This document shows positions 1 to 12,547 of a stretch of 64,000 bases of DNA, one piece after another. The notes under the pieces are model-generated. The model saw only the letters and a list, made by a program, of their open reading frames with translations, did not search any database and had not been told where the DNA came from. The translations under genes were made by a program, and so were the position numbers. How positions within the stretch are numbered: the first letter of the stretch is position 1; every line of letters begins with the position of its first letter. The stretch spans positions 22,779,719-22,843,718 of the forward strand of contig NC_068982.1 of the NCBI RefSeq assembly GCF_001194135.2, read 5' to 3'. Origin of the DNA: Octopus bimaculoides. Lineage: Eukaryota.

Positions 1-65
1 AGTGTGTGTGGGCATATGTGTATATATGTATATATGTATATATAAGTGTGTATACAAACACACAC

Positions 66-98
<33 letters not shown>

Positions 99-232
99 TA
101 TGTATATGTATATGAATGAACGAACGATCGAGAGAGGAAGGAATGGAGAAAATTTCAATGATAAAACAACACGAAGAAAACCACCCAAAATGCCACCACC
201 ACCATCATCATCACCAACATCATCATCATCAA

Positions 233-269
<37 letters not shown>

Positions 270-350
270 TCACCACCGCCGCCATCGACATCGACAACAA
301 CAAGAAGAACAACAACACGAAAAAACAAAATTAACAAAATCGTCCAAAAA
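1..350. repeat. Compound microsatellites (TA, TATG, CAC/CAT, CAA)
   Basis: Read directly; they explain the His/Ser/Met homopolymer ORFs at 46-427. Confidence 0.95.
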
Positions 351-579
351 ATAAGAAGGGGCAAAGAAAGAAAATAAGAAAGGAAAGAAACTATTGACCT
401 TACGCCATTCCTTAACCCTTGCGTCACTGCATGTCACCCTGATTTAGAAGGGGAGCGGGAAGACAGGGGGAAAAAAAAAAGGGGAGCAAGGAAAAGGAGA
501 GCTGGCTTCCATCATCAACGGGAGCTTAAGAGTCTGATGTTAAAATGGCTGCCGTTGGTGAGAGTGCATGGCCACGCCA

Positions 580-832
580 CTGAGTGTGTGTGTGTGTGTT
601 TACTTGAGCGTATGTATATGTGTGTATCAGTGTGTGTATATGATGAAGCCTCTGTGTGTGTCTATGTGTGTGTGTGTGTGTGTGTGTGTGCCTGTATGCG
701 TGTGCATATGGGTGTATGTGTCTGCGTGCAAGCATTTTATTATATGTCAATGTGTGTGTATGGGTGTACTAGAGCATGTATATTATATACATACATACAT
801 ACATGCATACATACATACATACATATATATAT

Positions 833-870
<38 letters not shown>

Positions 871-1390
871 ATNNNNNNNNNNNNNNNNNNNNNNNNNNNN
901 NNNNNNNNNNNNNNNNNNNNNNNNNNNNNNNNNNNNNNNNNNNNNNNNNNNNNNNNNNNNNNNNNNNNNNNNNNNNNNNNNNNNNNNNNNNNNNNNNNNN
1001 NNNNNNNNNNNNNNNNNNNNNNNNNNNNNNNNNNNNNNNNNNNNNNNNNNNNNNNNNNNNNNNNNNNNNNNNNNNNNNNNNNNNNNNNNNNNNNNNNNNN
1101 NNNNNNNNNNNNNNNNNNNNNNNNNNNNNNNNNNNNNNNNNNNNNNNNNNNNNNNNNNNNNNNNNNNNNNNNNNNNNNNNNNNNNNNNNNNNNNNNNNNN
1201 NNNNNNNNNNNNNNNNNNNNNNNNNNNNNNNNNNNNNNNNNNNNNNNNNNNNNNNNNNNNNNNNNNNNNNNNNNNNNNNNNNNNNNNNNNNNNNNNNNNA
1301 TTTATCAATCTGTCTGTCTGTCAATCCATCCATCCATTCATCCATCCACCAATCCACCCATCCATCCACCTATCTATCTATCTATCTATG

Positions 1391-1447
<57 letters not shown>

Positions 1448-2204
1448 CTATATTTGTTTGTAATGTACGTGTCTGCTGTCCATTGTCGTGTGAATGCGTA
1501 GATATAGTATTTATAAATGAATTCATACAAACGTTCGTCTGCACATTGATGTATGTATGTATGTATGTACGTATTTATGTATGTATGTATTTATGTATGT
1601 ATGTATGTATGTATGCATGCGCGTCTTATATGCATGTGTATACATCTGTGTGTCTATAACTATGCCTGTGTACATGTGGCTGCGCGCATGCAAGTTTATG
1701 CGTATATATGCATGTTTATGTAAATATATATATGTATTTGCTCTCCATGTTTATTTATAAGCATATAAGTATGTATGTGTGTGTGTGTGTGGTCATAAAC
1801 TTATGCGGACGTGTGTGTGCGTATGTGCTTACATGTGCACGTGTGAGTATTTCGATATATGTGTTTGTATGCGTGCGGCAATCGGCTTGCATGTATGAGA
1901 GAGACTATGGAGCCTTAAAAATCAACACCAACAACAACAACAATAACTGCACAAACATCGACAACAACAACAGTGCCACAAACACGAGCACCGCTACCAA
2001 TAACAACAACAACAGCAACAACAACAACAATCTCAACGACAACAATAACGACAACAATAAAACAGGTTTGGCAACCAATCAAATCTGAACAATGAATTAA
2101 TGATATAAACTGCAATCTCTCCCCTTTCCCCCCTCTCACGTTCTCTCTTTCTCTTCTCTACCTCTCTCTCTCTCACACGCACAATCTCTTCACCTCTTTT
2201 ACTT

Positions 2205-2236
<32 letters not shown>

Positions 2237-2460
2237 CACACACACTCTTTGCACGTATTTTGCTCTCTTGTGCCAGTATGCTTGTAGGTGCGTGGTGTGT
2301 GTCTGTTTGCGTGGGTATGTATGTATTTGATTGTATGTGTGAATGTGTGAATGTGTGTGTGCGTGTGTGTGTGTGTTTGTGTGTGTGTATTTCGGAAAAT
2401 GAGAAGGGACTATTATCGGATTAGACCAAACACACACACACACACACACACACACAGAAG
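580..2460. repeat. Microsatellite-dominated block (GT, TACA, TCTA, TATG, AAC, CA) with an N-gap
   Basis: Simple repeats read directly; gap at 873-1299. Confidence 0.9.
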
Positions 2461-2706
2461 TGTGTGTGCACATATAACATTGGCTTTGGAATGATATAGG
2501 AATTACACAAGGGCGCAGAGTTTTGTGGCAAAGACCCACAAAAGTGATTTAGTTAAGTAGCTTCACACGAAATGTCAGGACACCAGAGTAACTTATAAGG
2601 TGTACTAAAAGCTGTACATGTGTATGGGTACGTATATATATATATATATATATATNNNNNNNNNNNNNNNNNNNNNNNNNNNNNNNNNNNNNNNNNNNNN
2701 NATATA

Positions 2707-2895
2707 TAGGCGTAGGAGTGGCTGTGTGGTAAGCAGTTTGCTTCCCTACAACATGGTTTCGGATTCAGTCCTACTGCGTGGCACCTTGGGCGGGTGTTTT
2801 CTGCTAAAACCTCGGGCCTTGTGAGTGGATTTGGTAGACAGAAACAGAAAGAAGCTCGTCGTATATGTAGATATATATATATATATATACACATA

Positions 2896-2931
<36 letters not shown>

Positions 2932-3116
2932 TATATGTATGTGTGTGTGCATATATTTGTGTGTCTGTGTTTGTTGCATGATAAGCGATGCTGGTATGTT
3001 TACGTCCCCGTAAGTTAGCGGTTCGGCAAAAGAGACCGCTAGAATAAGTAGTAGGCTTAAAAAGAATAAGTCCTGGGTCGATTTGCTGGATATGACGGAA
3101 ACAAGTTAAAGAGAGT
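2707..3116 (+). mobile_element. tRNA-derived SINE family A, near full length
   Basis: Head TAGGCGTAGGAGTGGCTGTGTGG (A box), GGATTCAGTCC (B box), GGCACCTTGGGC, central TA/TACA microsatellite, 3' half ...GCGGTTCGGCAAAAGAGACC...GAAACAAGTTAAAG; matches many copies in the window. Confidence 0.9.
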
Positions 3117-3159
3117 TATATATATATATATATATATGTATATGAATGTGTATCATAAA

Positions 3160-3350
3160 ACACATCGCTAGCCACTACACATTCCCTTTTTTTTCTCCCC
3201 GTGTTTCTCTCTTTGTTTCTTTCTGTGGAAAAGCGTAGGCTCGAAACGTTAAAGACTTTTTCACTTCCCGAGTGTTTTACTAATACATCTATTTGTTTTC
3301 TACACCACCTGTCTTTGTCTTTTGCTTTTGCTTTTTTTGTGAATTCTCAC
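3160..3350 (+). mobile_element. Penelope-like terminal fragment with decayed hammerhead motif
   Basis: Homologous to 49185-49375 (GCGTAG(G)CTCGAAACGT, TTCCCGAG, TACACCACCTGTC). Penelope assignment is inferred from the minimal hammerhead architecture. Confidence 0.6.
3218..3255 (+). ncRNA. Decayed minimal type I hammerhead ribozyme motif
   Basis: TCTTT-CTGTGGA-A-AAGC/GTAG/GCTC-GAAA-CGTT-AAAGA. Stem I is perfect; A6>U; first stem II pair is mismatched. Confidence 0.5.
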
Positions 3351-3912
3351 TATATATATATATAATATCTATAAAGTAAATGCAACACACGCATACATAC
3401 CCGGCATATGTAAAAACCACCGCACGTGCTTTTGAGAGTGCATTTAAATATATCCCGTGTGTGGCGGGAGATGAACGACGCCCTATAAACGTACATCTAT
3501 CTTCTTCGCATACTGTATTTGAAATTCATTTTCTTCCGTTCTATTTCTTTCGCATTTCACTAAAGTAGAATTCCGTTCAATTTTTAATTACACTTTAAGC
3601 GATTAATACTTCCTTTAACCTAGTTACAACGTTCTTTGTGTAGACGATATGTGCATTGTTGGTAGATGTACGCAATTATCATTCTTATCTTTTTCTTGTT
3701 TCATTCATTAGATCGCAGTCACGCTGGAGCACCACTTGAAATAACTTTTTGGTTGAATGAGTCATGCCTAGTACTTATTCTATCGATAGCTTTTGCCAAC
3801 CACTAAGTCAAAAGGACGTAAATACGCCAGAACCGGTTGTCAAGTTTGGTCGGACAAACACACACACATCTATCTGTATATCTATTTTTACAACGGGCTT
3901 CTTTCTGTTTCC

Positions 3913-4268
3913 TGTTTTTTATTGCCCACAAGGGGCGAAACATTGAGGGGACAAACAAGGACAGACAGAAAGGATTAAGTCGATTACATCGACTCCAGTG
4001 CGTAACTGGTACTTAATTTATCGACCCCAAAAGGATGAAAGGCGAAATTTGAACTCGGCGGAATTTGAACTCAGAACAAAACAGCAGACGAAATACCGCT
4101 AAGCATTTCGCCCGGCGTGCTAACGGTTCTTATTTCTTTATTGCCCACAAGGGGCTAAACATAGAGGGGACAAACAAGGACAGACAAAGGGTTTAAGTCG
4201 ATGACATCGACCCCAGTGCGTAGCTGGTACTTAATTTATCGACCCCCGTTTCTGCCAGCTCACCGCCT
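3913..4268 (-). mobile_element. tRNA-derived SINE family D with 14-bp TSD
   Basis: Minus-strand head GGCGGTGAGCTGGCAGAAACG...GAGTTCAAATTCC, tail GTGGGCAATAAA. TSD TTCTT(T/A)CTGTTTCC at 3899-3912 and 4269-4282. Confidence 0.9.
4126..4246 (-). mobile_element. 5'-truncated family D copy nested in the head of the D copy
   Basis: Repeats the 3' part of 3915-4030 and splits the head between GCAGAAACG and TTAGCACGCC. Confidence 0.85.
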
Positions 4269-4421
4269 TTCTTACTGTTTCCGTCTACCAAATACACTCG
4301 CAAGGCTTCGATCGGCCCGAGTTTATAGTAAAAAAAAGTACTTGTTCTAGGGACAATACTGTGGGACAGAACCCGGAACCATGTGGTTGGGTAGCAAGAT
4401 TCTTACCAAACATCCACGCTT

Positions 4422-4575
4422 GCGTGGCTATGTGGTAAGAAGCTTGCTTCGCAACCACATGCTTACGGGTTCAGTCCCACTGCGTGGCACCTTGGGCAAG
4501 TATCTTCTACTACAGCCTTGGGCCGACCAAATCCTTGTGAGTGGATTTGATAGACGGATACAGAAAGAAGCGCAT

Positions 4576-4645
<70 letters not shown>

Positions 4646-4697
4646 CATATGTATATATATGTATATATGTATATATGTATATATATGTATATATGTA

Positions 4698-4748
<51 letters not shown>

Positions 4749-5035
4749 GTTTGTTTGTGTGTCTGTGTTTGTTCCCCTATCATCACTTGACAACCGACGT
4801 TGCTGTCTTACATCCCTGTCACGAAGCGGTTCGGCAGAAGAGACCCATCGAATATGTACTAGGCTTACGAAGAATAAGTCCTGGGCTCGACTCGTTCAAC
4901 CAAAGGCGGTGCTCCAGCATGAAAGAAAAGCAGCCCTAAATACTGGCGTAGATTTGTTCGACGAAAACCCTTCAGGCAATGTCCCAGTATGGCCGCAATC
5001 CAAAAACTGAAGCAAGTAAAAGCTAAAAGAGATAC
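4422..5035 (+). mobile_element. SINE family A with expanded CA/TA core and two tail variants in tandem
   Basis: A box GCGTGGCTATGTGG, B box GGTTCAGTCCC, ~170-bp CA/TA tract; tails AAAGGCGGTGCTCCAGCATG and AACCCTTCAGGC...CCCAGTATGGCCGCA. Confidence 0.9.
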
Positions 5036-5058
5036 ATGAACCTAGTAGTAGTAGTAGT

Positions 5059-5114
<56 letters not shown>

Positions 5115-5294
5115 CAGTAGTTTGATGACCATTGATATTTATGATTAACCCTTAGACAGCCTTTAGTCCTGGAGATATATACCGAAAGCCTTTCCAAGCG
5201 TGACCATCTAGCCATCTGTTACAAGCGTTGATAGTGGTGGCATTGGTTGTAATGGCTGTGCTGGTTGTGGTAGTTGTCTATGTTGTAGTGTAAA

Positions 5295-5613
5295 GGCGCG
5301 TGGCTTAGTGGTTAGGGTATTCAGCTCACGAAAGTACGGTCCTGAGTTCGATTACTGGCGACGCGCTGTGTCCTTGAGCAAGACACTCTATTTCACGTTG
5401 CTCTAGACCACTCAGCTGGCAAAAATGAGTAGTACCAGTATTTCAAAGGGCCAGCCTTGTCACATTCTGTGTCACGCTGAATCTCCCTGAGAACTACGTT
5501 GAGCGTACGTGTGTCTATGGAGTATTCAGCCACTTGCACGTTAATTTCACGAGCAGGCTGTTCCGCTGATCGGATCAGCTGGAACATTCATCGCCGTAAC
5601 CGACGGAGAGCCA
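5295..5613 (+). mobile_element. tRNA-derived SINE family C
   Basis: A box TGGCTTAGTGG, B box GAGTTCGATTAC, CORE-like TGTGTCCTTGAGCAAGACACT; 3' half shared with family B. Confidence 0.9.
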
Positions 5614-5663
5614 CGCATCTTATAGTGTCTTTGTCGGTTGTAGTTGTGGCGGTTTCTGGCATC

Positions 5664-6004
5664 TGGCATTCTGTCGATTACGACGATAATGGATCCAGTT
5701 AATCCGATCAACGGAACACCCTGGTTCATGAAATTAACGTGCAAGCGGCTGAGTACACCGCACACACGCGTACCCTTAACATTAGTTCTCAGAGAGATTC
5801 ACTGTGATACGGAATGTGACAAGACTGGCCCCTTTGAATTACAGGTACTTCTTCTTTTCACCAGCTGAGTGGGCTGGAGTAACGTGAAATAAAGTATCTT
5901 GCTCAAATAACGTGAAATAAAGTGTCTTACACAACACACCACCGGGAATCGAACTCAGAGACTCACAATCGTGAGCTAAGTACCCTCACCACTAAGCCAT
6001 GCGC
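5664..6004 (-). mobile_element. SINE family C, inverted relative to 5295-5613
   Basis: Reverse complement aligns over its length with the + copy; internal 28-bp-period duplication (AACGTGAAATAAAGT at 5881 and 5909). Confidence 0.9.
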
Positions 6005-6483
6005 TTTAACTTACGGACGCTGTAGTAGTGGGATCGAGCTCAAAATCAACTGGTTGCAAATCGAGCTGCTTAACCACACAGCCATACCTACATCTCCTTT
6101 TGCCTCTCAGGTAATGTCTCTCAAAGAACATATCATCTACGTTTTTCCCAATTCCGAGACAATAAAATACGGTTTAAGGCTGCTATAAATAGGAAACAAA
6201 CACGCGCTGGCTCGGCTCTTTCTGTTACTGCACAATATAGCAGTACGTTTTCGTTTCAAATGTGTTTTTAGAATGATGTCGGTCACGTAGAATTTAGTAG
6301 AGTTATGTATATGTTCTGGCTCTTTGTATCCTGAGTTCAAATCCTGCCCAAGTCAAAAAGATATGATTTTCATTTTACCTGGATCAATAAATAAACCATT
6401 CTCGTGACATGAATTCTGGGTTCAAAATTTCTCTATTTAATTATATATGTTTTGCGCGCGCGCACATGTATGTTTGTGTGTCT

Positions 6484-6655
6484 AACCGATGTTGGTGTGC
6501 TTACGTCCCCGTAAACAAGCGGTTCGGCAAAAGACCGATAGAATAAATACTAGGCTTACAAAGAATAAGTCCTGGGCTCGATTTGCTTGACTAAAGGCGG
6601 TGCTCCAGCATGGCCACAGTCAAATGACTGAAACACGTAAAAGAATAAAAGAATA
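6484..6655 (+). mobile_element. SINE family A, 3' half
   Basis: AACCGATGTTGGTGTG...AAAGGCGGTGCTCCAGCATGGCCACAGTCAAATGACTGAAAC-AAAAGAATAAAAG. Confidence 0.9.
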
Positions 6656-7652
6656 CATACATACATACACATAATATATNNNNNNNNNNNNNNNNNNNNN
6701 NNNNNNNNNNNNNNNNNNNNNNNNNNNNNNNNNNNNNNNNNNNNNNNNNNNNNNNNNNNNNNNNNNNNNNNNNNNNNNNNNNNNNNNNNNNNNNNNNNNN
6801 NNNNNNNNNNNNNNNNNNNNNNNNNNNNNNNNNNNNNNNNNNNNNNNNNNNNNNNNNNNNNNNNNNNNNNNNNNNNNNNNNNNNNNNNNNNNNNNNNNNN
6901 NNNNNNNNNNNNNNNNNNNNNNNNNNNNNNNNNNNNNNNNNNNNNNNNNNNNNNNNNNNNNNNNNNNNNNNNNNNNNNNNNNNNNNNNNNNNNNNNNNNN
7001 NNNNNNNNNNNNNNNNNNNNNNNNNNNNNNNNNNNNNNNNNNNNNNNNNNNNNNNNNNNNNNNNNNNNNNNNNNNNNNNNNNNNNNNNNNNNNNNNNNNN
7101 NNNNNNNNNNNNNNNNNNNNNNNNNNNNNNNNNNNNNNNNNNNNNNNNNNNNNNNNNNNNNNNNNNNNNNNNNNNNNNNNNNNNNNNNNNNNNNNNNNNN
7201 NNNNNNNNNNNNNNNNNNNNNNNNNNNNNNNNNNNNNNNNNNNNNNNNNNNNNNNNNNNNNNNNNNNNNNNNNNNNNNNNNNNNNNNNNNNNNNNNNNNN
7301 NNNNNNNNNNNNNNNNNNNNNNNNNNNNNNNNNNNNNNNNNNNNNNNNNNNNNNNNNNNNNNNNNNNNNNNNNNNNNNNNNNNNNNNNNNNNNNNNNNNN
7401 NNNNNNNNNNNNNNNNNNNNNNNNNNNNNNNNNNNNNNNNNNNNNNNNNNNNNNNNNNNNNNNNNNNNNNNNNNNNNNNNNNNNNNNNNNNNNNNNNNNN
7501 NNNNNNNNNNNNNNNNNNNNNNNNNNNNNNNNNNNNNNNNNNNNNNNNNNNNNNNNNNNNNNNNNNNNNNNNNNNNNNNNNNNNNNNNNNNNNNNNNNNN
7601 NNNNNNNNNNNNNNNNNNNNNNNNNNNNNNNNNNNNNNNNNNNNNNNNNNNN

Positions 7653-7717
<65 letters not shown>

Positions 7718-8305
7718 CAGAGACAGAGAGAGAGAGAGCACTACCAAATATTGCTATTAACAAACTACATTGGTGTAATATCCCATAGTTATGTTTTCTT
7801 TTTACGCTGCGGTAGACACATTTAAAGGGAGTTTTTCTTGACTAATTACTCGCATAAACTCCCTTAATACTATATTTCTTCATTTACCATATAATACATT
7901 AAAAACCTTATCGTATTTCTATTCTGTTCCCGAAACAAAAAACACTGCCTTGAGAGATTTTGTTCTCTTTCACCTATATTCTATGATATTATATAAGATT
8001 GATAACGTGACGATGGTTCGTCCGGTGACCGACATTTTTGGTGGTGATTCCGGTTCTGATAGGAGTAATGGTGTTGGCGGTAGTCGTAATTGTGTCGGTA
8101 CTAGTGATACGGTTGATGGTGCTGGTAGTAGTGTGTTAAGAATGAGTGTGCAGTGTTGTGTAACTGAATGCATGTCAACGGGCAAAAGTACATCTGCATG
8201 AATCATTTTAAGTGCATAAAGCATGCACAAATGAAAGCATGAATATATTTGTGTATGGATATATGAATATATGCATGTATCTAATTACGAATGCATATGT
8301 GTCTG

Positions 8306-8345
<40 letters not shown>

Positions 8346-8455
8346 CGCATGTGTTTATGTATGCATATATGCATTTATATATTCATACATGCGTGTATGT
8401 ACCTAGGCATGTATGTATATCTCTATATGTGCGTCTATGTAAGCTGCGTACGGGT

Positions 8456-8553
<98 letters not shown>

Positions 8554-8925
8554 NNNNNNNNNNNNNNNNNNNNNNNNNNNNNNNNNNNNNNNNNNNNNNN
8601 NNNNNNNNNNNNNNNNNNNNNNNNNNNNNNNNNNNNNNNNNNNNNNNNNNNNNNNNNNNNNNNNNNNNNNNNNNNNNNNNNNNNNNNNNNNNNNNNNNNN
8701 NNNNNNNNNNNNNNNNNNNNNNNNNNNNNNNNNNNNNNNNNNNNNNNNNNNNNNNNNNNNNNNNNNNNNNNNNNNNNNNNNNNNNNNNNNNNNNNNNNNN
8801 NNNNNNNNNNNNNNNNNNNNNNNNNNNNNNNNNNNNNNNNNNNNNNNNNNNNNNNNNNNNNNNNNNNNNNNNNNNNNNNNNNNNNNNNNNNNNNNNNNNN
8901 NNNNNNNNNNNNNNNNNNNNNNNNN

Positions 8926-8971
<46 letters not shown>

Positions 8972-9122
8972 TATATGTATATATATATATATATATGTAT
9001 GTAAGTATATATGTGTGTACGTGTGCATGTGAAATCATGTGTATACATATACATACATTCATCAACACGCACCCGTTTGTAGGTTTATTTGCATATAACT
9101 GCATGCGAACTTATAAGCGTGC

Positions 9123-9154
<32 letters not shown>

Positions 9155-9770
9155 GCAAGCATGCAAATAAGCATCGCACTGCACATTAATGTGCAAAAGT
9201 GTGACAGTGGGTATGGGTGCATACTATCGTGTAAATTTAAATGCAAGCGCGTGCATGTGTGCATATACGAATGCCTGTGTAATGCTGTCTACGTATGCGT
9301 TAGCGCGCGCATGTATATTTATGTCAATGTGTGCATTAGCGCGCATCGGTATTGAATTGTATGTTTGTATGAGTGATGGACTATATGTATATGTGTGTGT
9401 TTGTTTACGTGTGTGTGAGTGTGTGTAAGAGAGAGAGTGTGTGTAAGAGAGAGAGAGAGTGTGTGTGTGTGTGTGTGGTTGTGCATCGTTATTCGTGTAC
9501 ACCTCTGTGCGTATAACGGGTTGTTATGTGAGTGTGTGGTGCGTGAGTGCGGTGTTGGGGGGAAGAGGCCGAGAAATCAAGGAGCCATCTTTAGAAGCAG
9601 CGATCAATAAAACAACGTTGTTATTTTGTTTTTATTTTTAAACTGCCAGCCTCCTCCACCAACACCACCACCATCACCACCACACCACCACCACCACCAC
9701 CACCATTAGCACCACCACCACTGACTTCTCTCAATACAGACACTAGGCAATTATAATAACAATGATGATG

Positions 9771-9812
<42 letters not shown>

Positions 9813-10095
9813 GTAATAATAATAATAGCGAAAAACAATATATAAATTATAGTAATAATAATCTTAATGAAGAAAATGAAGAGAAAAGCAAAACAACGAA
9901 GAAGAAGAAGAAGAAGAAGAAGAAGAAGAAGAAGAAGAAGAAGAAGAAATAATTACGCATCAAGTTATCAAAACAAAACAATGTCCCACCCAACCCACCA
10001 TGTTCTTGTTTCCAATTGGAACTTGGAAGCCGATGTCTTTTCGATCAAACGAAAAGATACATACATACATTNNNNNNNNNNNNNNNNNNNNNNNN

Positions 10096-10135
<40 letters not shown>

Positions 10136-10222
10136 AAGTATGCATGCATGTATGTATATTTGTATGTGTGTATTTACCAAAAGCAACAACAACAGAGAAA
10201 CTATTTCCAATTATTCGGCCAT

Positions 10223-10228
10223 GTTGCT

Positions 10229-10278
<50 letters not shown>

Positions 10279-10485
10279 TCTCACTTGCATCATTTGTCCC
10301 TCTCCGTTTCTCTTCTTTCCTCAGTCTTACGCATCGACATTATCCATCATTCTCTTTAATCAATGCCTTATTTTCCATCCTTCTCTTGTTCTGCTTCTAT
10401 GCTCGATACAAATGCTCTCTCACTCTCTGTCTCTGTCTCTCTGTCTCTGTCTCTCTGTCTCTGTCTCTCTGTCTCTGTCTCTCTG

Positions 10486-10519
<34 letters not shown>

Positions 10520-11372
10520 TAAGCCTTCCACTTTATCTTTGCCTACCATACATTGTTTCACTTTCTATCTGCACTTCTCTCTCTCTCTCTCTGTCTTTTG
10601 TTTTCATTCTCTCTTTCGGTCTCTCTATATACCACACAATTGTTTGTCTTTATCCTCACCCCTCATCTCTTTTATTTAGATCCACTCTCTTTCTTTTTCC
10701 CTTCCTTTCATTTTATTTTATTGTATTCTCACTTGCTCTCTCTCTCTCTCTCTCGCCCCTCTCTCTTTCTTATTCTTTTACACTATCATTAACGCATGCA
10801 ATCACTCCGGCGTTCTCTCATCGACTTCCTCCATTTTGTTCCCCATTTTCTCTTTTGTTTTGTCGCCCACTCTCTTCCTACTCTCCTCACCCTCTCTCTC
10901 ACTCGCTTGTTATTCTTTTCTCCTTTGTTCTCTCTAACTTACTCTCTCTACCACTCACTATCTTTTTTGTCCCACTTCTCTCTCTCTTTTGTTCTGCCAC
11001 CAACACACACACACACACTCTCTCTCTCTCTCTCTTTCTGTCAATCATTTATTCTCTCTTATCTCTTTTCACTCCTTTCTATAGTTCTTTATTTCTCCCT
11101 CTCTTTATTCCTTCCCCCTCTCTCCCTCACTCTCACACACTCCCACCACTCCCACATTTTTCTACCTTCGTAGCCTCCATTACTTTACCATCTCCCCCTT
11201 CTCCTCATAAAAATTTCCTGCTCCCCTATTGCATATATTTATTTCTATTAAATCTCTTCACTTCAGCTTCCCTTTCATTCTTTATTTCCACTACCTTTCT
11301 TTTCTCTCCATTTTCCCATTCCCCAACACCTTATCAATTACTTTATCACCCACTCTCTTACTCCCTCTATTT

Positions 11373-11403
<31 letters not shown>

Positions 11404-11568
11404 CCTCCCTCTCTCTCTCTCTCTAACCTTCTATGTTACTCTTTATCGTCCTATCGTTTACTTTCTCTCTCCTCTCTCTGCCCCATTCATTATATTTCTT
11501 TACTTGATCTCCCCTCCTTTTTATTTCTGTCTTACCCTTTCCGTTTTGCCTTCTTTGATCATTCTCTC

Positions 11569-11614
<46 letters not shown>

Positions 11615-12000
11615 ACACACACACACACACACAAAATTACACACTCACTCTGGTACTATTACGTGTATTTCCTACCTATTTTCTGAATCATTCTCTCTCA
11701 TACTTTCTTTTACTCTCCCCATCACATTCACGACTCTTTCTCTCAATTTATTTTTTTGCCATCTCTCCCTCTCTCTCTCTCTCTCTCCCTCTCTATTTTC
11801 CTTCCCACTCAATTCGCTCACTCTCTTTCCCTCTTTTACAATTGCATTTTTGACTTTCTCTTTTCATCCAACCATCCTCCATTTTATTTCTCGTGAACGT
11901 TTTCCTTTTCAACTTTTGATTTACTCATCTTCCCTCCTCTTTCTCTGCCACCCCACTATACCTCCATATCCCTTAATGTTAGCCTTTCTTCTATTCTTTC
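10223..12000. repeat. Long degenerate polypyrimidine (CT/CTGT/CA) low-complexity tract
   Basis: Read directly; explains the 496-aa Leu/Ser ORF at 10363-11853. Confidence 0.9.
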
Positions 12001-12344
12001 ACATCACTTGCTTTATTTAAATACTTCCCTTTTTTCTATTTGTTTTATTTTAAATTTAAATTTTATATTTTCTTGCTCTCTTGTTTTCATCGAAATTGCT
12101 ATCGTCTGCCTCTTCCAGTTCTTTTTATTATGGTTATGTTTCTTTTTCGCGTTTTTAAAATCAGTTTTTGTGTTAAATATATTTTCCCACACAATCTCTT
12201 CTATTTTGTTCTCTTTTGTTTTATGTGCGTTGGTTATTTCTTTTGATTCCATTTTGTTAGGATTCACTATAGTCTTTCATCCTTAATTTCATGTAATCGA
12301 TTATTCTATCAATTTATCTATCTATTTATCTATTTATTTATGTT

Positions 12345-12490
<146 letters not shown>

Positions 12491-12547
12491 GTAATAGTAA
12501 TAGTAGCTGTGTTATTGTTGTTGTTATTGCTGTTGTTTGCCATGAAC

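Larger units (their letters stand above)
3685..4419 (-). mobile_element. SINE family A (older copy) interrupted by a family D insertion
   Basis: A tail and middle at 3685-3912; remainder GTCTACCAAATACACTCGCAAGG...GAACCCGGAACCATGTGGTTGG resumes after 4282. Confidence 0.85.

Noticed and set aside
400-560. Possible regulatory motifs (AAAATGGCTGCC, YY1-like; TGACCT half-site)
   Set aside because: Short motifs expected by chance; no supporting promoter or gene context visible.
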